From: an uncultured Nitrososphaerales archaeon
GTDB taxonomy: Archaea; Thermoproteota; Nitrososphaeria; Nitrososphaerales; Nitrososphaeraceae
Direction: 5' to 3'
Assembly (NCBI GenBank): GCA_963695855.1
Contig: CAVOHZ010000008.1
Span: 288,001-352,000, forward strand
DNA: 64,000 bases
The translations under genes and the position numbers were made by a program. This document shows, piece after piece, positions 31,571 through 44,119 of the stretch (within the stretch, counting starts at the first letter, position 1; every line of letters starts with the position of its first letter). The notes under the pieces are model-generated. The model was not told where the DNA came from, did not search any database, and saw only the letters and a program-made list of their open reading frames with translations.

Positions 31571-32273
31571 TAAATTTACCTTCACTATCAAATTTTTGAA
31601 TATTTTGATGCGAATATTCAGCAACATATATGTTATTCATAAAATCTACATCCATACTTTCAGGTTGCAGGAATTTACCAGGACCTTTTCCTTTAGTACC
31701 CCATTTGGTGATAAATTTTCCACTGGCATCAAATTTCTGAATATTACAGTTCTCTGCATCGCTAACATACACATTATCTTCAGAATCGATGGTTATACCA
31801 TGAGCATGCAGAAACTGTCCATCATCGGATCCTACTGTACCCCAACTATCTATTAAATTTCCATCTTGATCAAATTTTTTTACAAAGTGAAAATCTGAAA
31901 AATAGGAATCAGAACTTGCATCATTACCGGAATACAAAACAGATTCAATTTGGTTATTGATACAATTCTCTTTAGTCCCCTCCTCCGAATTTTGGGTGGT
32001 CGATGTCTGAGAATTCGTTGGATTTTGTTTTGAATAGAAATAATCATTCGGGTTAACTTGAAATTCCTGTCCATATATTGAGGATTTGAAATCTATCAGA
32101 AAAAAATATGAAGCCATCAAACTAAATATAATAATGAGTAAGTTGAGTGTATTCTTCACAATCTTAAGTAGCTCTGTATATTTATTAAGATTGTATAGGA
32201 AAATTATGGTCAATTTCTCTAGTACAACAATCGAACAAATACAAAAATATTTAATATTAACCATTCTATTCAA
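31571..32273 (-). pseudogene. NHL-repeat six-bladed beta-propeller, truncated by IS630
   Basis: Repeats GQFLHAHGITIDSEDNVYVSD and IQKFDASGKFITKWG end at the IS boundary. Confidence 0.85.
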
Positions 32274-32693
32274 ATTATGACTAAATATAATAACTATTTA
32301 TATATGGTAATAACTTAATAAATAAATAATACATAATTGATAAATAAATTAACTAAAATTTGATTAAGCAAAATATTTATAGCAATATTCCGAATATTTC
32401 GTCTCAACTTTAATAATATTTTTATGTTGTAACGGTTTTATTTGACAAAATAATAAATCGATGACTCATGATGTTTCATATTTGGTGTTAAACAAATTTA
32501 TTTCTATGATTATTAATCGCAAAATATTTGTTAAATTAAGAGCCATTAGCTATATCTTCTACTGATTAAGTTAAGAATTCATATGACAATAAAGAAGTAT
32601 ATTATTAACATAATTTGTTTTTATATATATGCAGAATATTCAAGGATATTAAATATTTTTAAAAGCTTATACTGCCTTTTATAATTATGAATA

Positions 32694-32876
32694 ATGAGTG
32701 ATAAAAGTTATTCAATCAATATAGAGATAGAAAATGTAGATTTTGTAGAAATAGAAGAAGATAAAATTGAAAATTATCGCAATATATTAAAAGAAAATAT
32801 ACGAAAAATATTCAATACAAGGATTGTCAATCACGTTGGAGACATAAAGATTGTTTTTAATGAAAATAGCAATTAA
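32694..32876 (+). CDS. Small hypothetical protein
   Basis: 60 aa acidic ATG ORF. Confidence 0.45.
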   Translation: MSDKSYSINIEIENVDFVEIEEDKIENYRNILKENIRKIFNTRIVNHVGDIKIVFNENSN

Positions 32877-33303
32877 AATGGTTATAATAAAATTATAAAT
32901 GTCTAAGAATTAAATAAATTTTATAGTAAAATTTTTTATTATTTATAAATGCGTTTAAATGAGGCTCCCAAAAATAAAAATTATTTGATTAAAAATTGTT
33001 TATAATGCAAAAAATATAATTATCTTTTAGAGATAAAAATAAAAGTTAGTTAATCATCCAGAAACTTTTGACACATTTAAATTAGTTAAAAAAATTAAAA
33101 TTAATCAATGAATAAGACACCACATCTCATCTATTTTATTGATTCAATCGTTAGGAATATCTCGATCTAAAAGACAAATAATTGAATACATTGGAATGTT
33201 GTTAATGAATAAACTCAAAATTGGAAGAATTCACATAAATAATAATAATGTTCATATAATTAAATAGATTATCTAAATACGAATAGCTAATATCGACAAG
33301 AAA

Positions 33304-33426
33304 ATGATGAAGTGTTTGAATTGTTATCTTGAATTTTCTCCAACCTTATTAAAACCGATATGTCCGTATTGTGGTTTTTGTTATTATTGTAGGGAATTTA
33401 CATGTTTTCATAATGTTCAAAGATAA
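33304..33426 (+). CDS. Cys-rich micro-protein (40 aa, not in ORF track)
   Basis: MMKCLNCYLEFSPTLLKPICPYCGFCYYCREFTCFHNVQR; three CxxC plus CxH. Confidence 0.55.
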   Translation: MMKCLNCYLEFSPTLLKPICPYCGFCYYCREFTCFHNVQR

Positions 33427-34042
33427 TTTCATAACAATAAAGTTTAATGATGTCTTCTTACTTAAAGATACTTGAATCTAATTTTAGAATCAATAATACA
33501 ATGGAAACCACTGGCTACATATTGTATAAGGAGACAGTAAATTATATTAACATTTTCAATAAACACAAAAATTACATATTATTTTCACGATGATAATGAA
33601 TTTGCTAAATATTCAGAAATTGTCAATATGAAAAATATGAAAACTAAAACTAACTCTATCATTATAAGAAATGAACAATGGGTTTTCGATTGTATAGAAT
33701 AGAATTATCATTCCAATGGAGTATATGATAGTAAATAAGATACATTTACCATCACTGGCAAATTTAAAGGTAATTCCTAAGGGTAAGGTGTAAATTATAA
33801 TAGATGATGACGAATTTAATTTATAAGATTTAAATCTCTGAGTACAATACACAAAAATATATCATTCAATATTTCTCGTTTCTTCTTTTAAACTAATTTT
33901 CAAAACGTTTTGTACTTCTTTCTATATACTAAATAGTGCAGATATTTCATCTACAATCCTAAATATTTTCTTAACAAAAAATGAGCTGGACTACGAATGA
34001 TCGATGATGAAAAAATAAATACAATATTCTATCGGTAAAAAT

Positions 34043-34767
34043 GGCTGTTAACATAGGACTATTTTACCTCCAATTTTGAATAGAATTTTGTTTCTGATTT
34101 TTGAATTATATAGATAAACGAATAATCTTATCCAATTGTATACATGTTGTAGATGACAATTTTGTATAATATTATTACAAGGATAGTACTCATCAAAACA
34201 TTCCGTCCTATCCTTGAAATACTGCATCCCTCTTTCAATCAGACTTTTCTCAAATGGTGAATGCGGTATGTGTTTTAGATTTAAAAAGTTGCATGCTTGT
34301 GGATACCACGTACCACCATCATCTGTGTATACTGTATGTTTTCCATACCTTGATACAAGGGATCTGATAAAATTTTCTGCTACAAGCATGTTTCTCTCTT
34401 CTGAAATTAGATTCCAAGTACAGATTCATGAACAGGTTCAATACAAATCCAGAACCAAAAGTGTTGATTACCAATCTGAATCATTGTCTCATCGATTATG
34501 AATGCGGAAACTCTTCTATGCTTGTTATAGATCTACAATGAACCAAATAGTTGAATCCATTTCCAAACAGTAACATTACTTCTTTTTTCATTTCGAAATA
34601 TGACTAACGCTTTGGATGTATTTCATAGACTGAGACCAAGAAAGTACAAATAAAGAGAATACATTACAATAAAAGTACATGTTCTATTTCTGACAAATCT
34701 TAACAACATCTATATTGTTAGAATAGAACGTTCACAGCTATAGCTCTTTCCTTAAGTTAACAGCACC
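34043..34767 (-). mobile_element. IS6-family element, frameshifted
   Basis: 8-bp TSD gtaaaaat (34035-34042, 34768-34775); TIR cttaagttaacagcacc. Confidence 0.88.
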
Positions 34768-34811
34768 GTAAAAATAGATAAATTATCTAGTAATTTTGTT
34801 AATAACTATTT

Positions 34812-35450
34812 TTATAGACCTGGTTGAAATTGAATAATTTCTGAGTCAACAACAGGATTTTTATCTTCCGTGTCATCCTCACCTTTATCTTGTTTATCTG
34901 TGGCATCTTGCTCCTCGTCGCTGTTTTCTTCATCTCCATCTCCATCTTTTTCTTCTGACCCATTTTTGCTCATGACGTTTTGAACTTCTATTTTGGTTGC
35001 CTTATCGGAAACTAGATTAATGTCAACTATCTCAGGTCTTTGTGCAGGAGAGTTTTCTCCGTTTTTGCATATGACAGTTATATCTTTTATAGTCAATATA
35101 CAAGTTGTAAAGGTATCTCCTGCATTAACCTCAGTTCCATTAAAATTGAATGAGACTTCGGAGGTATCTCCATATAATAGTTCATCATAGGGATGAAATA
35201 TTTTAAAGTGTGTAATATTTTCAGAGCTACTAAAGGTTATTACATCACCAGTATTCTTATTCACACCAAATAAAGTAAGAATTACATCGAAGGAATTTTC
35301 TCCGGTCTGTGCATCTACATTGATATTATCATTTGTTGTGGTCGTGATAACAGTAGTTAGAGCAAATACAGCAAAGGAAAGTAATATTGTCATTATAAAT
35401 TTTCTTAAAATTCGTTGCTCCCTCATTTGAGTTAAGTATCCTACTATCAA
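34812..35450 (-). CDS. Secreted protein with acidic tail
   Basis: Signal peptide, C..C..GENSPAQRPEIVD motif. Confidence 0.75.
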   Translation of the reverse strand: MIVGYLTQMREQRILRKFIMTILLSFAVFALTTVITTTTNDNINVDAQTGENSFDVILTLFGVNKNTGDVITFSSSENITHFKIFHPYDELLYGDTSEVSFNFNGTEVNAGDTFTTCILTIKDITVICKNGENSPAQRPEIVDINLVSDKATKIEVQNVMSKNGSEEKDGDGDEENSDEEQDATDKQDKGEDDTEDKNPVVDSEIIQFQPGL

Positions 35451-35731
35451 TTATAAATATTGTGTTAGGTGATTCTGTCAAGTTAGAGACCATAGAATTT
35501 CTGAAAAGGACTCGGAGACTTGAGAGAAGATGAACAGAAATTACCAACCTCAATCGATTTAAATGTCAAGCAATTTTCAATAAATATGATATCTTTTAAG
35601 TATTTCTTAAATCACCATCTTACAAATCAAATGAATGAAAAATGATTTAATGTTACAATATTTTACATTATCCACAAATAATTGACCATGTCTTCCAACA
35701 GGTTCAAATCCATAGGATTATCATGGGACCA

Positions 35732-35771
35732 AAATTTAGGTTATATTTGTTTCACAAACCACTGGCGCCAT
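35732..35771 (+). repeat. Second dispersed site family, copy 1
   Basis: aaatttaggttatatttgtttcacaaaccactggcgccat aligns with 44079-44119. Confidence 0.65.
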
Positions 35772-35869
35772 AACAGCCTAAATCTTCATATTTCCTCAAT
35801 TTTTTAAAAGATTTTTTGCTTAGATAAATGAAATAAAATTAAAATAATATAGAATTATATTTTTAGGAT

Positions 35870-37402
35870 TTATTTTATAGTAGGCTTTTCTTTGATTATG
35901 GCAGGTATTATGGCAATAAATACCAATATAGAAGATACAAAAAATATTATATGAAGTGAAGACATAAACTTATTTTCAATTGTTTTATTATTATTCGATA
36001 TCGTAAAGTTTAGAGTTTGGTTAGAAGTATTAACAGTATCTGTGGCTATTGTTGTATCAGTATTTCTAAAATCTATTATAATATCTTTTACATATTCTGA
36101 TGGCAAGATACTCGTCATTATTAAAAATGAGATTCCTACACTCAACGATCTGCCTACATAAAATAAAGTAGTACCTGTACTTCCTGACACCCCTCTCCTA
36201 CTTGGAGGCACACTATTCATTATTGATGCTCTATTGGGTGATGTAAATATACCCATTCCTGCTCCAAGTAAAATAAAAGGTAATAGTAATTCGAGAAAAT
36301 TAGTTTTAATTTGCAACTGAGTAAGGGATAGAAACCCGATGCCACTTATGAATAAGCCAAGTGCTGAAAAAAATCGAGAACCATATCTATCAGATAACCA
36401 TCCACTTAAAGGTCCGAATATTGCTAAAGCAGCAGAGACCGGAATCAGATAGATTCCAGTTTCAACAGGAGTCAAATTCAGAAATGCTCCTTGCAGATAA
36501 ATTGATATCAGAAAGATGAAATTACCTCTTGCTATTGAATTGAGAAGAATGGCAATATTACCTCCTAAGAATGATTTAATTTTAAATAGTGAAAAGTGAA
36601 ACATAGGATATTGCTTGGAAATAAATTTCTCTATAAAGGTAAATATTATGATAAGAGCTATTCCACCAAAAATGAGTAAAAATATTATAAAAATGTTAGA
36701 TATGATACCAAATGAGCTTAATGTCATTCCTGCTAATATAAAAAATAATCCTCCTGCAAAAGAGATATTTCCAAGCCAATCAATTTTCTCTTTTCTTATT
36801 GAACCTAGTTCTTTTAGATATTTGTAGGACAATACTACTCCAATTATTCCTATTGGAATATTGATCCAAAAGATAGATCTCCAACCTAGGTATGAAGTTA
36901 AAAAGCCACCTAAAACCAAACCCAGTATTGAACCTAACACAATTGCAATTTGATTTATACCTAATGCTTTTCCCCTTTCATTTGATGGAAATGAATCAGT
37001 AAGTATTGCTACACTATTTGAAAAAAGAAAAGCAGCACCTACCGCTTGAACAATTCTAAAAACTACTAATTCTTCTCCTGACTGAGATATACTACATAAT
37101 CCTGAGCCAAATGTGAATATGATAAATCCTAAGGTGTAAAGCTTTACTCTGCCAAAAATATCTGCGAGACGACCAAAATTCAAGAGAATAGATGCTGTAA
37201 CAACAGAATATCCAATAATTATCCATACCATAGTAAATAGAGAAGTACCAAGTTCTGACGCAATAGTAGGTAATGCTATAAAGATAATATTCGCATCAAG
37301 CGATGCAATAAGTGTGCCAAGCGTGGTATTCCCTAACGCTATCCATTTGTAGGAAAGCCATAAACGACTTCTTTTATTATCGGAGGGGGTAGCGTTAACC
37401 AA
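35870..37402 (-). CDS. MFS transporter, DHA2 (EmrB/QacA-like)
   Basis: ALPTIA, GRLADIFGRVK, ERGKALG, GWRSIFWINIPIG. Confidence 0.92.
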   Translation of the reverse strand: MVNATPSDNKRSRLWLSYKWIALGNTTLGTLIASLDANIIFIALPTIASELGTSLFTMVWIIIGYSVVTASILLNFGRLADIFGRVKLYTLGFIIFTFGSGLCSISQSGEELVVFRIVQAVGAAFLFSNSVAILTDSFPSNERGKALGINQIAIVLGSILGLVLGGFLTSYLGWRSIFWINIPIGIIGVVLSYKYLKELGSIRKEKIDWLGNISFAGGLFFILAGMTLSSFGIISNIFIIFLLIFGGIALIIIFTFIEKFISKQYPMFHFSLFKIKSFLGGNIAILLNSIARGNFIFLISIYLQGAFLNLTPVETGIYLIPVSAALAIFGPLSGWLSDRYGSRFFSALGLFISGIGFLSLTQLQIKTNFLELLLPFILLGAGMGIFTSPNRASIMNSVPPSRRGVSGSTGTTLFYVGRSLSVGISFLIMTSILPSEYVKDIIIDFRNTDTTIATDTVNTSNQTLNFTISNNNKTIENKFMSSLHIIFFVSSILVFIAIIPAIIKEKPTIK

Positions 37403-37559
37403 TCAACAAATTTTCAAGTAATTCATTATTTGTATATCTATGTTTGGGATATTAAAATATTATATTTAACAAATAGTTTGTTAAATTTCAATATTATAAA
37501 CTTAAATCGTATTATTGAAGGTTAGCGGATCAATAAATTCCATAGTATAGATTGTGAAC

Positions 37560-38099
37560 CTAGTTACCTGGAGGTTGTTCTTGATCTGTTTGTTTAGTCA
37601 TAATCTGAGATCTAATCGAAGCCAAGGATTGATCAATTTGATATACTGCTAGTTTGTCTCTTCCAATTATCTCGAACTTTTGAAGAATTGCTTGAAATAA
37701 AGTCTCTTCTTCTACTTGTTCACTTACAAACCATTGCAAGAACGAGTATGTAGCACGGTCTTTTTCTTTTTCAGCAATTTCTACTAAATTGTTAATGAGC
37801 TTTGTAACAGTTTGTTCACTATTTAGACCAGCTTGGAAAGTAGATTCTAGTGAATCGAATTTACTTTGAGGCTTTTCTATCGCTGGAATTATCGCTTCGG
37901 CTCCAGTATTATTAAGATAGTGAAGGAACTTTAGCATGTGTGTATTTTCTTCATTAGCTTGTTCGAAAAAGAATGCTGCACTTCCCTCATATCCAGTTCT
38001 TTCACACCAAGATCCAATAGCAACATATGCATTGGTAGCTGATGCTTCAAAAGAAATTTGATCATTAATTGCTTTTTCCATTTGTGATGAAATTCTCAT
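37560..38099 (-). CDS. ftnA: Non-haem ferritin
   Basis: QANEENTH, LQWFVSEQVEEE ferroxidase residues. Confidence 0.9.
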   Translation of the reverse strand: MRISSQMEKAINDQISFEASATNAYVAIGSWCERTGYEGSAAFFFEQANEENTHMLKFLHYLNNTGAEAIIPAIEKPQSKFDSLESTFQAGLNSEQTVTKLINNLVEIAEKEKDRATYSFLQWFVSEQVEEETLFQAILQKFEIIGRDKLAVYQIDQSLASIRSQIMTKQTDQEQPPGN

Positions 38100-38159
38100 T
38101 GTAACAATGTTAGTATTTCTCGGATATCTATATATTTTGGAATCGAGTTTTTTAGAAAT

Positions 38160-39766
38160 ACTAGTACGGCATTATTCATCTTTAAAGACGAGAAAAGAAG
38201 TTACGTCTGTGCGGAAGTAAATACAAAAATTTGGATAGTATAATTTGTACGGGCATAAACTTGTTTCTGTCATAATAGATGAGACTATCATACAGATTGG
38301 AAGCAAACATTACTGGTTACAGGTTTGTATTGAGCCAATACACAAAACAGGCTTGGAACTCTATCTAAGTACGGAAATATGTTAGTACTTTTATGTTTTG
38401 ATATTTGGTTGAAAAATATGGTAAGCGTACAATATGTTCAACTGATGGTATTTTGTAGTCGGAGGAGGCCTGCAAGACAATGAGATTGAACCATCACTGT
38501 ATTGCCGACTGGAAAAGAAGATGATTGAAATGTTATGCAGTATTTCAAAGATAGAATGGAAGGATTCGATGATTATTAAACATGTATCGAAAAAGAAAAT
38601 GAATGCAACTTCTTTAATGTAAATAAGTGGTTACAATTCTTTGTCTCTCTATAACGATACGTTATACAATAATAATTATTTTATAATTGAGTTGTAAGAC
38701 AGAGGTGTTAATCTATCTTAAATTATGCTCTGTTGCGTAACTCGTCTAGATAATCATCTATTTTTTGTTACTAAGGTAAATTATGTAACCCTTATACTTT
38801 GAAACCAGTTATACAAAGACGCTTTCAGTATTATCTCCTTTATCATGTTCTCAAATCTTATAGCAGTAACATATTCGCCAAACATTCTCTTAATACAGGA
38901 AAAGACAGTTTCTACAATCCATCTTTGTCCATAGTCTACACTATCCTTCCATTGTTGTAGATTGGTTTTCTGTGATTGTACGTTCTTGTTTCTCAAATAA
39001 TGGTTTGTCTTTCTATACTTGGCATTCTTTCTTACTTTAATTGCTGGTTGAATTCCTTTAAATGATAAAAATTGAAAATTCTTGTTACTGTCATAGGCAC
39101 CATCCATAATGGCAGTTTCAACTACTTTGTTCTGTTTTATAGTTATATCACCCACTAATTTAGGTAATACTTTTCCATCATGCACTTCTTCACTGGTTAC
39201 ATGTAATGATAGAATTCTCTTCTTTTTTATGTCAACTGCTATATGTATTTTGAGATAACCTCTTTTTACTTTCCATTTGTGCCTAATCCATTCTCCTCTG
39301 TTTGTAACTTTAACACCAGTAGAATCAATTACAATTACAAAATTATCATCATGTTGTAAAGTGGATTTATCCTGATCATCATCATCATCATCTATTTTGA
39401 TATCCAATCTGTTTATTCTTCTGCAAATCCCGCTATAATCTGGAATTGATGGTAACGTATTTGCAGCATGAGCTCGTACAATACCCTCAGTTTGTCTGTA
39501 TGGTAAATGAAAATATGCTCTCACATATCCAAGTAGTTTGATGAATGACTCTGGATATACAAATTTTCTACCTTCTTTGTATTCATTCATCTTCTCTAGT
39601 TCATAATCCCAGTTATCTATAACATCAAAATCAAGTAATACCTCACCACGTTTAACAAGAGATTCATTGTACCTCTTCCAGTTCACATGTATTATGACTA
39701 GAATAGGCTAGCTAAATGTGTTAGGAATAGCGAGTTACGCAACAAAGCATTAAATTAACACAGTCC
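38160..39766 (+). mobile_element. Degraded IS6-family element whose right TIR is split by an IS5 insertion (left boundary approximate)
   Basis: [10 protein letters not shown] and YFKDRMEGFDDY fragments; TIR cttaaatta|acacagtcc. Confidence 0.75.
38726..39749 (-). mobile_element. IS5-family element, intact transposase (38781-39686)
   Basis: 19-bp TIRs tgctctgttgcgtaactcg / cgagttacgcaacaaagca; 8-bp TSD ttaaatta; IDSTG, DGAYD, RWIVE. Confidence 0.93.
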
Positions 39767-39834
39767 TTTAATTATTATTTCTTCTATTATCTTGAAATTA
39801 CAACTGGCTATTGCTCAACCCAAAATGACTAATT

Positions 39835-40100
39835 TTATTTTATAAAGATCTTGTCTTCATAACACCGTTTCCAATTTTCGCGAGGTTCATATGATTTTAT
39901 AATGGGATGAGTCGTTTCTTGAAAGTGTTTTGTACCATGTTTATTGACTGAAGAATCACATCAACCAACATCTACACATGAAAGACAAAGACGCAAATGG
40001 ATCTAGCCTGAGCCAATTTTTTCACATCCTTCACAGCCCCCGTGGTATTTCCCTTTATATTATCATTAACTTGATTAACGTGTAAACATCTATTAATTAT
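39835..40100 (-). pseudogene. UBP-type zinc finger protein pseudogene
   Basis: GCEGCEKIGSG*IHLRLCLSCVDVG*CDSSVNKHGTKHFQETTHPIIKSYEPRENWKRCY with in-frame stops. Confidence 0.8.
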
Positions 40101-40263
40101 CCACATTTATTATACGTATTTGATTTATTTAAATAATGGCAGTATACCATGTATCTATTTTTTCACTAGTTTCAAATAATTATCTCGTTCAAGTAAGATT
40201 TTAAATACCTACTTAGTATTAAATTACTACTTAACTTAAATATTTTGAACTGTATATTATAGT

Positions 40264-41217
40264 ATGTCAAAAATCAACAATCAAAATATAATAAAAGATA
40301 TGAAACATCGAGCAGTTACATCATATCCTGATTATTCTGTCAATAACAAATCCATTCGTTCAGTATTACGAATAATAAAGAGTGAAACAACTCAAGATGG
40401 CGAAGGTGTAATATTAAAAAGATCCTTTCCAAATAGCTTCATTTCAGAGTTTGATCCATTTCTGCTATTAGATGAGATAGGCCCTACTGATATAAAACCA
40501 GGAAAGCAAAAAGGATTTCCTAATCATCCACATAGAGGATTTGAAACTGTTACTTACTTGCTAGACGGAAAATTTGAACATAAAGATTCACAAGGTCATG
40601 TTGGAACTATTAGTGCTGGCGATGTACAATGGATGACTGCTGGTTCTGGAGTTATTCATTCAGAGATGCCTGAAAAAGAATTTAGTAAAAATGGGGGAAG
40701 ATTACATGGTTTTCAATTATGGGTAAACCTTCCTAAACGTAATAAAATGATGAAACCAAGGTACCAAGAAATGTCTCAATCAAAAATTCCAACGGGAACT
40801 AGAGAAAATGGTAATGTTACTGTTAAAGTTATAGCAGGTGAATCCTTAGGTGCAAAAGCAGTAATTGATACAATAACACCAATTATGTATTTGCATTTTA
40901 AATTAGAACCTGGTTGCAGAATAATACAGTCAGTTCCAGAAAAATACAATATCTTTGCTTATGTAATTAAAGGAAAAGGAGCGTTTGAACAGAATAATAA
41001 TAAAATAGTTGAAAAAGGTAACTTGATAATATTTGAAAAGGACGGTAAAGCAGTATATATCAAAGCTATTGATGATTCACAAACGCCACTTGAATTATTG
41101 CTAATTGGAGGAATTCCTTTGAGAGAACCAATAGCAAGGTATGGGCCGTTTGTGATGAATACTCAACAAGAAATCTATCAAGCCATAGAAGATTATAGAA
41201 GTGGAAAATTAGGATAA
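40264..41217 (+). CDS. Pirin family protein
   Basis: DPFLLLD, HPHRGFETVTY, WMTAGSGVIHSE. Confidence 0.93.
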   Translation: MSKINNQNIIKDMKHRAVTSYPDYSVNNKSIRSVLRIIKSETTQDGEGVILKRSFPNSFISEFDPFLLLDEIGPTDIKPGKQKGFPNHPHRGFETVTYLLDGKFEHKDSQGHVGTISAGDVQWMTAGSGVIHSEMPEKEFSKNGGRLHGFQLWVNLPKRNKMMKPRYQEMSQSKIPTGTRENGNVTVKVIAGESLGAKAVIDTITPIMYLHFKLEPGCRIIQSVPEKYNIFAYVIKGKGAFEQNNNKIVEKGNLIIFEKDGKAVYIKAIDDSQTPLELLLIGGIPLREPIARYGPFVMNTQQEIYQAIEDYRSGKLG

Positions 41218-41378
41218 ATATCTTCTCAATTTCTTTCGGAATGCAAACAACAAAAAAAATTTGATATTAACTTTTTACCATAATCTTTATTTCACAAAAT
41301 TAATAATAGCATTTTCCTTTGAGGATTTATTGCACACGAAAGACTATTTATTTTTCGACTAGCTTTAAAAATAAAAAG

Positions 41379-41993
41379 ATGACAAAGAACGATAATAATG
41401 ATGATAACAATCCGTATAAGCATTCAAACCCAGTTACCGTGATTGTTAAACGCATTGCTAAAAAAGATAAAATTAGAGAATTTGAACAATGGCTTTCAGG
41501 AATTTCTAAGGAAGTCTCTAGACAAGAGGGTAGTATGGGTATTGATATAATTAGACCAACTAATAATAATAAAGCTAAACTTGAATATGTTGTCATATTT
41601 AGGTTTAATAATTATGATAATCTTACAAAATGGGAGAAATCACCAGTGAGAAATGAATGGATACAAAAGGGCAGGAAACTAGTAGAAGCCGATCCTGATG
41701 TACAAAAATTGACAGGGTTCGAATTCTGGTTTACTCCGAATTTTAAAGATGAATCTTCACCTATGATTCCTCTAAACCCTCCACCACGTTACAAAATGGT
41801 AATTGTTACTATTCCTGTAATATCAATTCTGCTATTGACTTTGGTTCCTCAAATATATATTTTAACAGAATTGTTATCAATACCATTTCCAATAAGACTC
41901 GTTATTGCTATTACGATAACAGTTCTGCTAATGACTTATGTGATAATGCCTCTTTTAACAAAATTATTAAAATCTTGGTTATTCAAAGGTTAA
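41379..41993 (+). CDS. ABM-like domain membrane protein
   Basis: YVVIFRF..W..S..R..W, GFEFWF, PPRYKM followed by TM helices. Confidence 0.8.
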   Translation: MTKNDNNDDNNPYKHSNPVTVIVKRIAKKDKIREFEQWLSGISKEVSRQEGSMGIDIIRPTNNNKAKLEYVVIFRFNNYDNLTKWEKSPVRNEWIQKGRKLVEADPDVQKLTGFEFWFTPNFKDESSPMIPLNPPPRYKMVIVTIPVISILLLTLVPQIYILTELLSIPFPIRLVIAITITVLLMTYVIMPLLTKLLKSWLFKG

Positions 41994-42098
41994 AATTAAA
42001 AATGTGTTACTTTCTTGAATATAGTCATAGATAATAATTTATTGATTATAATATCTTAAATCTTTATTACTTGGTAGTATAATATAACCTACTATAAT

Positions 42099-42464
42099 AT
42101 GGTGAAAGTGTCTGATAGTGTATCTTTAAATTCTAAACATGAAACTAAAATTTTGGAAGAAAAATGTGAAATACTAGATATTTGGGATGTATTAAGCAGA
42201 AGATGGTCATTACTAATATTAAAGAACGTAAGTACCAAAAATGTTATTCGATTCAATGAGTTAAAAAGAAGTTTGAAAGATATTAGCAATACTGTTTTAT
42301 CTGATAGATTATCAGAACTTGAACGAGAGGGCCTAATTACTAAAAAAATTTATCCAGAAATACCGCTTAAAGTTGAATATAGATTAACAACAAAAGCAAA
42401 AGACCTTGAAGCAATTTTGCAAAGTCTTAGTAGATGGTGTGAGAAATGGGAATCAAAAAAATAA
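42099..42464 (+). CDS. HxlR-family transcriptional regulator
   Basis: RWSLLIL, RFNEL, LSDRLSELE..GLI, VEYRLT. Confidence 0.9.
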   Translation: MVKVSDSVSLNSKHETKILEEKCEILDIWDVLSRRWSLLILKNVSTKNVIRFNELKRSLKDISNTVLSDRLSELEREGLITKKIYPEIPLKVEYRLTTKAKDLEAILQSLSRWCEKWESKK

Positions 42465-43479
42465 ATCTGCAATTAATGGAAACTAGTTGGGAAAAAAATG
42501 ATGAGCCAATTCAACGTTGTAAATTCTAGAAAAAAGGTAGAAATTGAGTGATATTTTACCCATTGTGAATATGTTATTTGCTATAAACTCAAGACTCCGA
42601 TATTTATTTTTTCGTTAATAATATTTGTGAATATGGAAGTCATTCTATATAATGATGTTAATAAAATTTAGTATGAATATTTAATTTAAAAGTTAACTGG
42701 TACAATTTTATCGAAGAGTTCCAATCTCACACATTTAGCTGAAAAGTAGTGCTGAACCCGTTTAAGATGATCTGGTCCCACTTGCAACATTCTTCTCTCT
42801 ATCTATCTATCATGAGATTTATTCTTAGTAGCATATTATAGAGAAACATTGTAAATATGGAATAAGATATTGGATCTAGTTTAAAATTAAGCAGCTTGGT
42901 GTTTTTTGGTCAATAAATAAAGATCTTGATGGATATTAAATTGAATATATTAATAACTTTCTATCTATCTATCTATCTTCTATTGCTAGTTTCTTTATCT
43001 CTTCATCTAGTTCTACTATTTTTCTATCCAGGAAAACTATGGTACCAAGACAATCATATAATGCAGGTATCCGTAGTGAACGTAAATGGCATTTTCCTTA
43101 TTTAGAGAATTGATCATTTTTAATCAAGGTGTGTTATTAGTCACATTAGCATCTAACAATCATCACTAAAGATAAAGGTATAACGAACCACAGATTATTT
43201 TCGATCATATTTGCAAAAAATATACATTATATCGAATAAATTCAAATTTGATCAACAATAAATAGAAAATATCAAAGCAATAACAAATTTGAAAACCGCT
43301 GGTAGATTGTTATGTTCTTTATTTCTACTCATTTTGACAATCTTTTCTATCGATAAAAGTTAGTGTATACAATAACAATTAATTAATAATGAAAGTATCT
43401 ATTTTAATTAATTATCACAACTTCTTAATACAACATTCTGTATTAATAAAGTAGTGCAAATAATAAGTGAATTTTTATT

Positions 43480-44043
43480 TTGAATGATAAGTGGATATTG
43501 GAAAAAAAACATAAAGCATTATTGTTTGCTGCAAGTATTGCAGTTAAATCATTTCTTATGGCAACAATATCTAGTAACATCTTTTGTAAAAGTATAGATC
43601 CTAATATACTATTTCTCCATTGTTCTATGAATATTGTATATGTAGGATTAAGTACAGGCGCTATAATAGTCATGGGAACGATATTTGGATATTACATCAT
43701 AAATATGAAAACCTTTGATGATATTTTTGCCAACATGATGAAATCTGATTATATTATTACTACAATGTATTTTAGTATGGGATTTCTGGCTCCAGCAACA
43801 ATGTCTACTATCATAATGGTATGGTTATTTGGCATTTGGATTCTTGGTATGCTTTTAGCGCCATTTAATAAAGAGAAAACAATTCTAAAAAAAGTAACTC
43901 AATATGGTTCATTAGTCGCAGTAGGTATTTTATTAGTTGCCTCTTTAATACCACAATTACATGAATATGGACAATCTTTTGCAATTGGTGCTATTATAAG
44001 CAGTCTTATGAGTATTTTTGGAGCAGGTAGAATACAATCTTAA
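43480..44043 (+). CDS. Multi-pass membrane protein (start uncertain)
   Basis: Several hydrophobic helices. Confidence 0.6.
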   Translation: MNDKWILEKKHKALLFAASIAVKSFLMATISSNIFCKSIDPNILFLHCSMNIVYVGLSTGAIIVMGTIFGYYIINMKTFDDIFANMMKSDYIITTMYFSMGFLAPATMSTIIMVWLFGIWILGMLLAPFNKEKTILKKVTQYGSLVAVGILLVASLIPQLHEYGQSFAIGAIISSLMSIFGAGRIQS

Positions 44044-44078
44044 AAGTTTGACAAGAGCTAAAAGCGAAAAAAATCTCG

Positions 44079-44119
44079 AAATTTAGATCAAATTTGGTTC
44101 ACAAATCACTGGCTCAATT
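44079..44119 (+). repeat. Second dispersed site family, copy 2
   Basis: aaatttagatcaaatttggttcacaaatcactggctcaatt. Confidence 0.65.
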
